A stretch of 63,378 bases of DNA, the filler included, from Octopus bimaculoides (lineage: Eukaryota): the NCBI RefSeq assembly GCF_001194135.2. It is 5 parts of 5 records of this genome, joined end to end, with 100 filler letters (N's around TTAATTAATTAA, not from the genome) between each part and the next. Parts side by side here need not be neighbours in the genome. Positions count along the whole stretch, not along the records: positions 46,728 to 51,347 come from NC_068991.1; positions 51,448 to 57,368 come from NC_068995.1; positions 57,469 to 63,378 come from NC_068983.1; 2 more parts are not named here. One strand, given 5' to 3'. Below, in pieces: positions 49,000-60,617 of this stretch. The stretch's first letter is position 1, and each line of letters begins with the position of its first letter. A model generated the notes under the pieces. The model searched no databases and was not told the origin of the DNA. It saw nothing but the letters and a program-made list of their open reading frames with translations. The translations under genes and the position numbers were made by a program.

Positions 49000-50350
49000 C
49001 TCTTGATTTGTATCGATGAAGGTTGCATCATAAAGGTTCAGCTTTGTGCTCCGACGCTATGCGGAATGTATCTGTTGAACTTAAAGCTTCAAATGTTTGA
49101 CACAATCATCATATAAACTTGATCCAAAGATGCAGCAGATATCATGGATCACAGGGCTTTCACATAAGAGTGAGATGCATCAGATGATTCTCAGCTGATT
49201 CTCAGCTGATTCTCATACATTGAAAATGATTCTCCAGCAATCCAAGTAGGAATCTCTAAATGTCTCTCTAAATGTGATGCAAACGTTGACGTTGAACATC
49301 CGTGCATCTGTAAACGAACTTGAGGCTCATACTTTCCTAGAAAGAATTGATGCTGACCAGCATTTACTGTGCACTCTCTGCTGAGTCCACTATCACACTT
49401 TATACCAAGCTGGCTTTCAACAGGGGTACCTTAATTTCTTTGTCTTCATTGCTAGTTGTCCTGGTATTACCATACCTCATGGTACAGCAATGTTTCTTCA
49501 AAGAATTTCATATGGGCTGCAGGTATTTTGTCGAATAAAAACCCCGCTTGGTGTGCAACATTGCTTAAATGAAATAATTCGGCAGACCACTTCACACGTG
49601 GACACCAGGTTGCTGAATGTCGTAATATTTTCAATGATAAAGCGAAAATGCTGCATGCTGATTTACTTCGAAAGAAAAAAATACAAGCGTTACATCCTTT
49701 AATGACATAGTTTCTCTTATTCTTTTATTCTATTGTCATTCCATTATTGTATTGTATTTTGGTGGATGTAATTTCATGAACTTTATCGACTTACATCTTT
49801 CAAAACAGATATACATTAAGAATGTTTCTTTAGATCGGGTAGTTGAAATCTTTTCATCTACTGTCAGTTTTATTCTGTTCAACCAAGGTTTGGGTACTTT
49901 CCTGATCTGATGCTTCTCTTCTCTAAGAAAGATAGACTATATTCAGCTGTTTGTGATTTTAAACAGTGGACAACCTGCTTTTGTTGTCCTCCATTCAATA
50001 TGAATTCCTGTTGCGACTACAAGTGGAAGCATGAAGTATCTAAAGTTTAACAATACTGAGGAGCTCTTTCTCCGTGCACAGATTTGGAATCAGCTTGGTT
50101 GAAGATAATCTTTTTGTAGATTAATTTCAACCTTGATGGATGTTGTGGCAAACTCTCTTTCTCTCTAATGTTATCGAGGAATCATCATTTATAGCAAATC
50201 GTAGCGTAAAGATCTAAATTTGGTTCCGTTCAAAATTTTAACTCGATCCAAAAAATTTTTGTTCCTGCTTAAATGACTTAAAATTCCAGAATATATCAAT
50301 TTATCATTGGCATTTTCTGACAGGGAAACCAGCAGACGTTTTTATCAAGT
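49000..50350 (-). pseudogene. RTE-clade reverse transcriptase remnant
   Basis: AGF...IDIF, PQHPSRLKLIY...VHGE, IENITTFSNLVST (cf. IEVV..F.YLGS), KVPLLKASLV.SV..DSAES (cf. LVFSIALYGCES); heavily decayed. Confidence 0.6.
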
Positions 50351-50584
50351 TCTCTACTTGACTGTAATAGAGAACGATACAGAGAGGAATTCTGAGATAG
50401 AAAGGTAGAGTGGGAAAAACGTCAGAATAAAAACGAAGTAGCAAATCTTTCTATAAAGAGCAAAATGAGGTGTACGTTACAAAAACACAGATTCAGCCCT
50501 GGTGGTGGTGACGAAGGATTAGGCGACGGCTACATTCGATACACAGAGAGGAAGATGAGGTTCAATGCGCGCGATCACACAGAC

Positions 50585-50994
50585 GGGCGGCTGTGTGGTA
50601 AGTAGCTTGTTTACCAACCACAGGTTTCCGGGTTCAGTCCCACTGCGTGGCATTTTGGGCAAGTGTCTTCTACTATAGCCTCGGGCCGACCAAAGCCTTG
50701 TGAGTGGATGTGGTAGACGGAAACTGAAAGAAGCCTGTCGTATATATGTTTAAATATATATATGTATGTATGTGTGTTTGTGTGTCTGTGTTTGTCCCTA
50801 CCATCGCTTGACATCCGATGCTGGTATGTTTACGTCCCCGTAACCTAGCGGTTCGGCGAAAAGAGACCGATAGAATAAGTACTAGTCTTACAAAAGAATA
50901 AGTTCTGGGATCGATTTGATCGACTAAAGGCGGTGCTCCAGCATGGCCGCAATCAAAGGACTGAAACAAGTAAAAGAGTAAAAGAGTAAAAGAA
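50585..50994 (+). mobile_element. SINE family A, full length, least diverged copy
   Basis: GGCTGTGTGG box A-like, GGGTTCAGTCCC box B-like, TTGGGCAAGTGTCTT, (TA)(TG)n, GGCGGTGCTCCAGCATGGCCGC, (AAAAGAGT)n tail. Confidence 0.95.
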
Positions 50995-51039
50995 TAAGTA
51001 CCGTAGTCTATGTATTTCACTATTATAAGCTATCAATTG

Positions 51040-51260
51040 GCGCTGAGGTGGCACAATCGTTAGTATGTCGGGCAACAAGATTACCTGTATTTTGTTACTC
51101 TATACGTTGTGAGTTCAACTTCCGGCGAGGTCGACTTTGCTTTTCGTCATTTCAGTTTCAATGAAATAAGCACCAGCTGAGCATTTTAGAGTCGATGTAA
51201 CTGACTTACTAGCACCCAGCAAATTGAGGTTGTTGTACCCAAAATTGAAATCAATATTCT
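51040..51260 (+). mobile_element. SINE family C, diverged
   Basis: GGCACAATCGTTAG...GAGTTCAACTTCCGGCGAGGTCGACTTTGC...GTCGATGTAACTGAC...CCAAAATTGAAATC. Confidence 0.78.
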
Positions 51261-51313
51261 AAGTTTCCACAGATGTGCGCGCGTGTGTATATATATATAT
51301 ATGGATGTATGCA

Positions 51314-51347
<34 letters not shown>

Positions 51348-51546
51348 NNNNNNNNNNNNNNNNNNNNNNNNNNNNNNNNNNNNNNNNNNNNTTAATTAAT
51401 TAANNNNNNNNNNNNNNNNNNNNNNNNNNNNNNNNNNNNNNNNNNNNGGTCAGAATTCACCCGAGGCTTAACACCACAAACACCAACAACAAAACAACAA
51501 GAAAGAAAGTGCCTCCACCTCCGCCACTATATATTGTGAGTGGTCA

Positions 51547-51584
<38 letters not shown>

Positions 51585-51696
51585 TTAAAGTATGTATTTA
51601 TATATGCATATATGTATGTATATGTATATATACGCGCGCGCGCAAGGTTCGCACGCGCACGCACACACACGCTAACACGCAAACGCGCACGCACGA

Positions 51697-51727
<31 letters not shown>

Positions 51728-52432
51728 TGTCATGTACATTGCGTGTGGCGGAGGCGATGGAGGGTGTGGATTTTCTGGCGGTTGAAAGCGGTAAAGAAAT
51801 AAAACCGAAATAACCGAAATAACCGTTTGGAGTTTTGTGTGAATGAAAAGAAAAAAATAGAAATTTAAAAAGGAAATTTTAAAAAATCTATAACAAAACA
51901 AAACAAAAAATACAAAGAAAACTATGAAAAATACAGGAAGAAAGAAGAGAAGAATGAGAGAAAGGAAGAAAAAGAAAGATAGGGACCAATGTGTCCCCTA
52001 AACATCTAAATCTTCGATTTATTTTCTTCTTCTTCTCTGTCTCTTCCTCCCCCCCCACTCCACCTCTTTTGCTTCCTCCTCCTCCTCCGCCCCAAACCGC
52101 TTTGTTTCTTTGTCTTTCGCCAGTCTTTGCTGATATAAGTTTTCTATGCTTTTTAGAGGAAGGCGGTTTTTGTTTTGGTTCGATGCTATTGTTCCTGTTG
52201 CCGTTCCTCTTGTGTTTTCTTCTTCTTCTTCTAACTGCGTATTGTTATTGATAATTGCTCCGGTGGAATTACAGAGTGCTTCTTTTTTCCTTTTGTTGTT
52301 TGTTTGTTTCTTTTTGAGCTGCCAAAAACAATTCAGATTCCTTGATGATTTAATTAAAGGGTACAGCAGCATATGGGTGTGCAAACATACACACATACAT
52401 ACATACATACACACACACATACATATATATAC

Positions 52433-52470
<38 letters not shown>

Positions 52471-52474
52471 GTAC

Positions 52475-52517
<43 letters not shown>

Positions 52518-52595
52518 TAGATAGATAGATAGATATACATATATATGTACATGTGTATATATTAGCATGGCACACACATACACACACACACACAC

Positions 52596-52631
<36 letters not shown>

Positions 52632-55084
52632 GTGTATGCAAGCCTATGTATGTATGTGTGTCTATTTATTTATTTATTTCTACATGCAAGTAACATCCTT
52701 TCTTTGAAATATTAAAAACACGCTTTCACTCTAGTTTTATGCATCTACGTATTTATAAATTAATCTCAAACACATTTCATTCAAGATTTCCTCATCCGTT
52801 ATGAAGCTTTCTCTGTTTAACTAAATTCCCTTAACGTGTCAAGACCATCCCAGATTCCTTTTATTTAAACAGAACCAATTAATGAATAAATATGAAAAAA
52901 CAAAAAAGAAGTAATTTAATAAGAAATGGTAAACGCAAACGCAGATATGCCTTTGGCATAACATTTACATGTATAACAAACATAACATAATATGTGTGTG
53001 TGTATGTGTGTGCGTCTGTGTGTGTGTGCGTGTGGTAGAGTCGGGTAGAATTTTTTGTGGCATTCGTTGCGACTCTCCACGACGGTCAGCCTTGGCTTCC
53101 ATCCTTCGGGTTTAGAAATAAACACGTCCTGTCTTAAACTCTCACACATCTTTACTTATAAGAAGATAGCATTATGTAGTGAACACTATTCTAGCCTGAG
53201 GCTGATGTGAAAGTAAATTATAAACATAAATTAGTCGCTTGACGAAAAGCAACCGTTGGAATAAATGCCAAGCTTATAAATTTGTACAGGTTTCGATTTG
53301 ATCAACAAAATCTTTCAAGCTGATGCTCTAGCATGGCCGCAGTACCGGGACTGAAACAAGTCAAAAGAATAGATATCTAATACAATATGTGAAGTAGAGG
53401 CTCTCATTCTTCATATATGGCGCCCACATGTACCGATATACATTTTTCGTATTCTCTTTCAAATATATTATTGAATATATATATTGACATAACCCCCGTT
53501 CGACATACCACCATACTTCTGTTCTCTTTCAAATATATATTTGTTACGGACACAGATTAAATTTAAGTGATATAAAATTTGAAAGATAAGCGGAAGTTAT
53601 GAGACATGTACAAACGAGACTAACAACTGAAATTACGTGAAGGAATCCTAACGTACAGGTGTTTGATGGGTTAATCACTGTGAATCTGATTGTCAGAGAT
53701 CGATTCACTTGATTGCCACGAGACTTAAGTAACATACTGTAATACATATGTACCGTATAACGACATTTAAATCATTCTATCGGTTCATAAATTAATTCCG
53801 TATATTCACCCCCTTACATCGGCTCCGAAAGGAGGGGCCCCGCCACGTCAAAACGGTAGAGGAATAGGGGCCGAAACCGGACGTGGTTCCTCCTGATGAT
53901 GTCTTGAGCTAACTGGATCCTAATCCACCAAGGGACGGTATGTCAGAAGAAAGTAATTCAACAACGCGGGTTGATGAACCGTAAGACGTGTGGCCAGAAC
54001 CTTCCGGAAAATAACCATAGCGAAGGACATTCCACAGTTGAATTAGAACAGTCACAAACAGTGAAAGAAGACATGCACCCAGCACCAGAGNNNNNNNNNN
54101 NNNNNNNNNNNNNNNNNNNNNNNNNNNNNNNNNNNNNNNNNNNNNNNNNNNNNNNNNNNNNNNNNNNNNNNNNNNNNNNNNNNNNNNNNNNNNNNNNNNN
54201 NNNNNNNNNNNNNNNNNNNNNNNNNNNNNNNNNNNNNNNNNNNNNNNNNNNNNNNNNNNNNNNNNNNNNNNNNNNNNNNNNNNNNNNNNNNNNNNNNNNN
54301 NNNNNNNNNNNNNNNNNNNNNNNNNNNNNNNNNNNNNNNNNNNNNNNNNNNNNNNNNNNNNNNNNNNNNNNNNNNNNNNNNNNNNNNNNNNNNNNNNNNN
54401 NNNNNNNNNNNNNNNNNNNNNNNNNNNNNNNNNNNNNNNNNNNNNNNNNNNNNNNNNNNNNNNNNNNNNNNNNNNNNNNNNNNNNNNNNNNNNNNNNNNN
54501 NNNNNNNNNNNNNNNNNNNNNNNNNNNNNNNNNNNNNNNNNNNNNNNNNNNNNNNNNNNNNNNNNNNNNNNNNNNNNNNNNNNNNNNNNNNNNNNNNNNN
54601 NNNNNNNNNNNNNNNNNNNNNNNNNNNNNNNNNNNNNNNNNNNNNNNNNNNNCCATCTCTTCAGTTATCTGGCCATCAAAAAAAAATCTTGGCCAGATAA
54701 CTGAAGAGATGGTGGCGTGGGTTTCCGCCCCGACATCCGAAACTCGGAGTTTTATCATGGCTACCGAATAATTGTCACATATTATATTTATAGATATATA
54801 TATAATTTTAGGGAAAATAACCAAGTTTCAAGAACTCATCGATGAAAATCCAATATAGATAGATAGATAGATAGATACTTCTTTAAAGTAAAGACTATTT
54901 GCCAACATACTGTGGCGGTCCTGGAAGGGACGATGTTATATATATATATATATATATACACATGTGTGCGTGTATACACACATATATATAATCATATAAT
55001 CATACATAAGCATGCACTTGTGTACACACGCGCGCGCGCACTCACAAGCACATACATGCACACACACACATACATACGCGCGTG

Positions 55085-55115
<31 letters not shown>

Positions 55116-56056
55116 TCACTCACAAGCACAGGCGCACACATATATCACACATGACTCACGCAGTACATCTGTCCCTGTTTTTGCATCTGGAGCGGTTTTT
55201 CCCCGTCGTCAACTGAGAAAAAAAGAGGAAAGAAAAGGAAGTTGGAGACGAGCGTAGGAAGGGGGAGGGTGTATTACNNNNNNNNNNNNNNNNNNNNNNN
55301 NNNNNNNNNNNNNNNNNNNNNNNNNNNNNNNNNNNNNNNNNNNNNNNNNNNNNNNNNNNNNNNNNNNNNNNNNNNNNNNNNNNNNNNNNNNNNNNNNNNN
55401 NNNNNNNNNNNNNNNNNNNNNNNNNNNNNNNNNNNNNNNNNNNNNNNNNNNNNNNNNNNNNNNNNNNNNNNNNNNNNNNNNNNNNNNNNNNNNNNNNNNN
55501 NNNNNNNNNNNNNNNNNNNNNNNNNNNNNNNNNNNNNNNNNNNNNNNNNNNNNNNNNNNNNNNNNNNNNNNNNNNNNNNNNNNNNNNNNNNNNNNNNNNN
55601 NNNNNNNNNNNNNNNNNNNNNNNNNNNNNNNNNNNNNNNNNNNNNNNNNNNNNNNNNNNNNNNNNNNNNNNNNNNNNNNNNNNNNNNNNNNNNNNNNNNN
55701 NNNNNNNNNNNNNNNNNNNNNNNNNNNNNNNNNNNNNNNNNNNNNNNNNNNNNNNNNNNNNNNNNNNNNNNNNNNNNNNNNNNNNNNNNNNNNNNNNNNN
55801 NNNNNNNNNNNNNNNNNNNNNNNNNNNNNNNNNNNNNNNNNNNNNNNNNNNNNNNNNNNNNNNNNNNNNNNNNNNNNNNNNNNNNNNNNNNNNNNNNNNN
55901 NNNNNNNNNNNNNNNNNNNNNNNNNNNNNNNNNNNNNNNNNNNNNNNNNNNNNNNNNNNNNNNNNNNNNNNNNNNNNNNNNNNNNNNNNNNNNNNNNNNN
56001 NNNNNNNNNNNNNNNNNNNNNNNNNNNNNNNNNNNNNNNNNNNNNNNNNNNNNNNN

Positions 56057-56089
<33 letters not shown>

Positions 56090-56599
56090 CAAAAGAATTC
56101 CAACTCTGTCTGTTTTTTATGTTTTATTTATATTCTTATAAAATTAATGAAGGATATAGAATATGGAATATATAGTATATATAGTAAAATGAAATGAAGT
56201 ATTGAATGTCTTATTGAATAAATGAAATATTGAATATTAAAGGTCCTTTAAACTGATCAGATCCGACCTTTCACACCAAGCCAACACTATCCTAAACATA
56301 AACAATAATCTCCTCAAAACCTTGAAGTTGCGAGACATTCCTTGATTCATTTAAAACAATGTAAATAAATAGCATGAATGCGAAAGAGTTAATTAGCAGT
56401 TAATTAGCAGTTGGTCGTCAATTGAATGCTCTTCGTAGAAACCAACGGAGGATCCAGCATTATAGTGTTTCAATAAAAGATAGGACAGACATGGATCCTG
56501 GGTCTGCTGGACCAAGGCTGACCTGGGGTTAAATAACGGCTACAACAACAACAACAACAATTACGACAGAACTTGGCAGATTAGTTTCCGTTCTTATAT

Positions 56600-57130
56600 T
56601 CTTTTACTTGTTTCAATCATTAGAATGCGACCATGCTGGAGCAAAGCGTCGGCGGTTTCATTCTAAAAGACCGACTCCGACTCCGCACTGCTTTTCGTTA
56701 CATCTGGTACGTTTTGTATCGGTCAGTTTTGTTGAACTTCTAGCTTACGGGATGTAAACAAACCATTACCGGTTGTCAAGTGGTAGGAGGAGAAACATAC
56801 AATCACACACACACACACACACACACACATATGTAGAGGGGCCGTCAAGACATGGGCACGTGTCTTTGAAAATTGTGAGCCTGATAGAACTGATCTCTGA
56901 CCAGGTGTGATCACACCTGATTTTTCTTCTAGAGAAAAATCAGAAGTGCGTCTGACTGTAAATGTGTGTGTGAGAGAGAGAGAGAGGGGGAGAGAGAGAG
57001 AGGAAGAGAGGGAGAGAGAGGCATTGGTCAGTCTGAGCCATAGTGGAAGACATTTGCACGAGGTGCAGCGCAGTAGGGCTGAACACGAAGCCATGTGGTT
57101 GTTAAACGAAATTTTTAACCACACTGCCAA
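56600..57130 (-). mobile_element. SINE family A, diverged, with expanded middle
   Basis: 3' module at 56605-56660, CCGGTTGTCAAG at 56769, head at 57020-57130. Confidence 0.7.
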
Positions 57131-57335
57131 GCTTACGAATTGAAACTAAATTAAAACTTGATCTGACTTGAAACGCGAGATAAAAAAAAAATAGGCAAAA
57201 TAAGCGAAAAAGAGTCAAACGCACAAGAAACACACACACACTCATGCTCTCCTACATATACACATACATTTACAATTACATACACAGAAGACAATCCTAA
57301 TGTGTGTGTGTGTGTGTATGTATATATATATATAT

Positions 57336-57368
<33 letters not shown>

Positions 57369-57468
57369 NNNNNNNNNNNNNNNNNNNNNNNNNNNNNNNN
57401 NNNNNNNNNNNNTTAATTAATTAANNNNNNNNNNNNNNNNNNNNNNNNNNNNNNNNNNNNNNNNNNNN

Positions 57469-57543
<75 letters not shown>

Positions 57544-57702
57544 TACACACACACATACATACACACAAGTAATGATATATCCTAATTTCTCTCTAGACAC
57601 TTTATTAATTGTAATTTGACCCCGTAGACTGCGTAGATATGCAAAAAATTTGCACGATAATATTCTAGTTCCCGATACATAATCTTAGTGAATATATATT
57701 TA

Positions 57703-58095
57703 TATTCTTTTACTAGTTTTAGTCCTTTGGTTGCAGCCATGCTGGAGCACCGCCTTGGAAGATTTTAGTAAAAAAAATCGATCCAGGAACTTTTTTTAAA
57801 GCCAGCCTAGTGCTTATTCTATTGGTCTATTTGGCCTAACCACTAAGTTACGGAGACATAAACACATCAACACCGGTTGACAAGTGGTGATAGGGGGAAA
57901 CACAAACGCAAATACACACACATATGCATATGTATACATACATATATATACATATATATATATAGGCTTCTTTCGGTTTCTGTCTATAAAATCCATTCAC
58001 ATGGCTATGGTTGGCCCGAGACTATAGTAGAAGACACTTGCCCAAGGTGCCACGCAGTGGAACTGAACCCAGAACGATGTGGTTGAAAAGCAAAT
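57703..58095 (-). mobile_element. SINE family A, near full length
   Basis: Reverse complement of the family A modules. Confidence 0.9.
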
Positions 58096-58134
58096 CTCTC
58101 ATACATTTACATATAAAAACGATAAACGTTGCCC

Positions 58135-58429
58135 TTTCAAAGCCTAGCCAGGCTCACGGGCCCGGTTTCCCGGTTTCTATGGCGTATGTGTTCCCCCCAG
58201 CTGGACGGGACGGTAGTCTATCGCAGCTTTACTCAAGAAACAGGATGAAAGAGTGAAAGAAAGTTGGGGCGAAAGAGTACAACAGGGGTCGCCACCACCT
58301 ACTGCCGGAGCCACGTGGAGCTTAGGTGTTTTCGCTCAAGAAACACTCACAACGCCCGGTCTGGGAATCGAAGCCGCGATCCTACGACCGCGAGTCCACT
58401 TCCCTAACCACTGGGCCATTGCGCCTCCA
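58135..58429 (-). mobile_element. tRNA-headed SINE (family E)
   Basis: Minus strand: box A TGGCCCAGTGG, box B GCTTCGATTCC, CORE-like GTGTTTCTTGAGCGAAAACACCT, distinct tail. Confidence 0.85.
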
Positions 58430-58864
58430 CATTTATATATAGTATCACTTAAATTTATATTTGTTTATTCTGTTCTACTAGTTACATGTTAGAGCCTTGT
58501 TCATTGCGGTCATGTTTAAATGCAACATTAAAAGGATTTACTTCATTATAGTATGTCAACCGTGTTACTTTATTTAGTACTTAACTTTATCGGTCTCTTA
58601 AGAGATCGGTGAACTAAGTCTTCTTTAGCCCGAGGGGATATACCTCAAAGAAAATTGCAGAATGTATCAGAATTCGATGTACCAAAAACATAAATATATA
58701 TATATGTATTAAATTTGGACTTATAAATATTTCCGACTTTCACCTGTGACGCTATCCCGCAGCTAATAAGCGCATAAGCAAAACGCATGGATGTATGTAT
58801 GCATGTATGTATGTATGTATGTATGTATGTATGTATTTATCGCTAAATCCACAAGCTTTTAAAA

Positions 58865-58990
58865 AATTTCTCTTATTCCTTTCTGTTGAAGAGCGTACGC
58901 TCGAAACGTAAAAAACTTTCTCACTTTCCCGAGTGTCAAACTAATACACTTGCTTGTTGCTTTCATCTTTTGTTTTGCAGTAAATTTCAA
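58865..58990 (+). mobile_element. Penelope-like pseudo-LTR fragment
   Basis: GAAGAGC...GCTCGAAACGT motif typical of PLE terminal repeats, followed by a T-rich tail. Confidence 0.55.
58880..58913 (+). ncRNA. Minimal hammerhead ribozyme motif (A6 to U in this copy)
   Basis: UUU-CUGUUGA-A-GAGC guac GCUC-GAAA-CGU-A-AAA; same layout as 21054-21099; stem I is weak. Confidence 0.5.
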
Positions 58991-59229
58991 GTATGTATGT
59001 ATGTATGTATGTATGCAGATATAAATATATAGATATGTGTATGCGTGTGTGTGTATGTGCGTATGTGTGTGTGTGTGTATGTGTGTGTATATAACTGTAT
59101 AGATTTATATACGTATGTATATATGTACCCATACACACACATACACATACACACACGTAGGCAACACACACAGCACACATGAGAGTGCGCACACACACAC
59201 ACACACATATATATATAAATATACACATA

Positions 59230-59454
59230 TACTTGAAGGGTGCTGATAAGTTCATGGCTTTGGATAAAAGAAAATACAAGTGGATCTCTTAGTTATAATT
59301 TTTTCAATATATTCCCCGCTTACATTCATACACTTACGTATTGCAGCAGTCCTATAGGTTTTTCTCAGCCGTGTATAAGAACTCGGAATGTTGGGTCTCC
59401 AGCCAGTTCTTTCGGGAGATAATTAAAACCATGAACTTTTCAGCACCCCTTGTA
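59230..59454. mobile_element. Mariner-derived MITE
   Basis: TIRs GAAGGGTGCTGATAAGTTCATGGCTTT / AAAACCATGAACTTTTCAGCACCCCTT with TA-containing flanks. Confidence 0.78.
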
Positions 59455-59464
59455 TCTATACTGC

Positions 59465-59790
59465 GACCCTCTTCGGTCATGACTGACCATGGGATTGCAC
59501 CTAGAAAGTTACCCTCCCAAGCACAAGTCCGGGCAAGGTTGTTTATGGAAGACCAGCAGTCGCCCATGCATACTGGCCTCCCCTCTCCATGCCACCAGTG
59601 TTATCCAATGGAAAGGAAAAATCCGATACAGCTTGGCACCTGTGACGTCGCAACTCATTTCTACAGCTAAGTGAACTGGAGCAACGTGAAATAAAGCGGC
59701 TTGCTCAAGAACACAACATGCAACCCGGTCCCGGATTCGAACTCACAACCTCACGATCGTAAGCTCAACGCTCTAACCACTGAGCCTCGT
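59465..59790 (-). mobile_element. tRNA-headed SINE (family D), full length
   Basis: Minus strand: GGCTCAGTGG box A, GAGTTCGAATCC box B, TGTGTTCTTGAGCAAG CORE-like; homologous to 11113-11440. Confidence 0.9.
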
Positions 59791-60323
59791 ATGCATAAGG
59801 TCATTCACTCCATCAAATCAACATCGCCTACACAGATTCGCGGTGTGAAGTATTTTATTCAAGAACACAATGCATAGCTATAGACGTCCTTTGTAAGCAA
59901 GTAGCACATGCTAACATGCAGCATGTTTTGTGCTAATTGTTTTAAGTGTCAAAGTAATAGTGAGTAGGTATAGACAGTCTCAAGTCCCCCACTCTACACT
60001 CAATGGAACAATAAACTCACCTCCAATCCCATCTTGGAGCAGTGACAATCGATACTATATGCATTTAAGTCGTGGACTGGCAATATAATTCATCTCCGGT
60101 CCTATTCGTGTACGCGATGTTGATATGACACAAAAATGGAAAGAAGCACAACTGAAGCGCCTGTAAATTTGAGTGCGAAGCTGTTATTTACAACTGAATA
60201 GATTAAACTGGAGAAGTGTGAAAGGAAGATTCTTACTCAAGAACTTAACATCCTGATCGTCTTAGATTTGAAATATATAATCGTCGGCGCAACATCTTCA
60301 TCAAAAGATGACTTACCTCTTCG

Positions 60324-60398
<75 letters not shown>

Positions 60399-60617
60399 GA
60401 TCTGGACGGATGCTAGTCGCATCGGCTCGCAAGTAAGTTGGCCTTTTATATGTAAAAAATTTTGCAGTTTTAAAATATTTTTTTGTGGAAGAGGTGTATA
60501 AGACTATACACTTCGACCCTATTGGGTTTTTGTAATAAGAAGTGGCTCCTTCTGGAGTTTATTTCCCAAAGTTTTTGATTTCTCTCCGGCTTATTTGCCA
60601 TATTTCGTGAAACAAAT

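Noticed and set aside
53867-53899. Canonical hammerhead from GAAAC...CTGATGA
   Set aside because: Only 3-4 nt lie between the putative cleavage triplet and CUGAUGA, and no stem II can form; kept only as a generic structured-RNA candidate.
58340-58429. tRNA gene (also the heads at 10456, 11380-11440, 21235-21300, 59720-59790)
   Set aside because: Box A/B are present but there is no complete cloverleaf or acceptor stem, and each continues into a SINE body.
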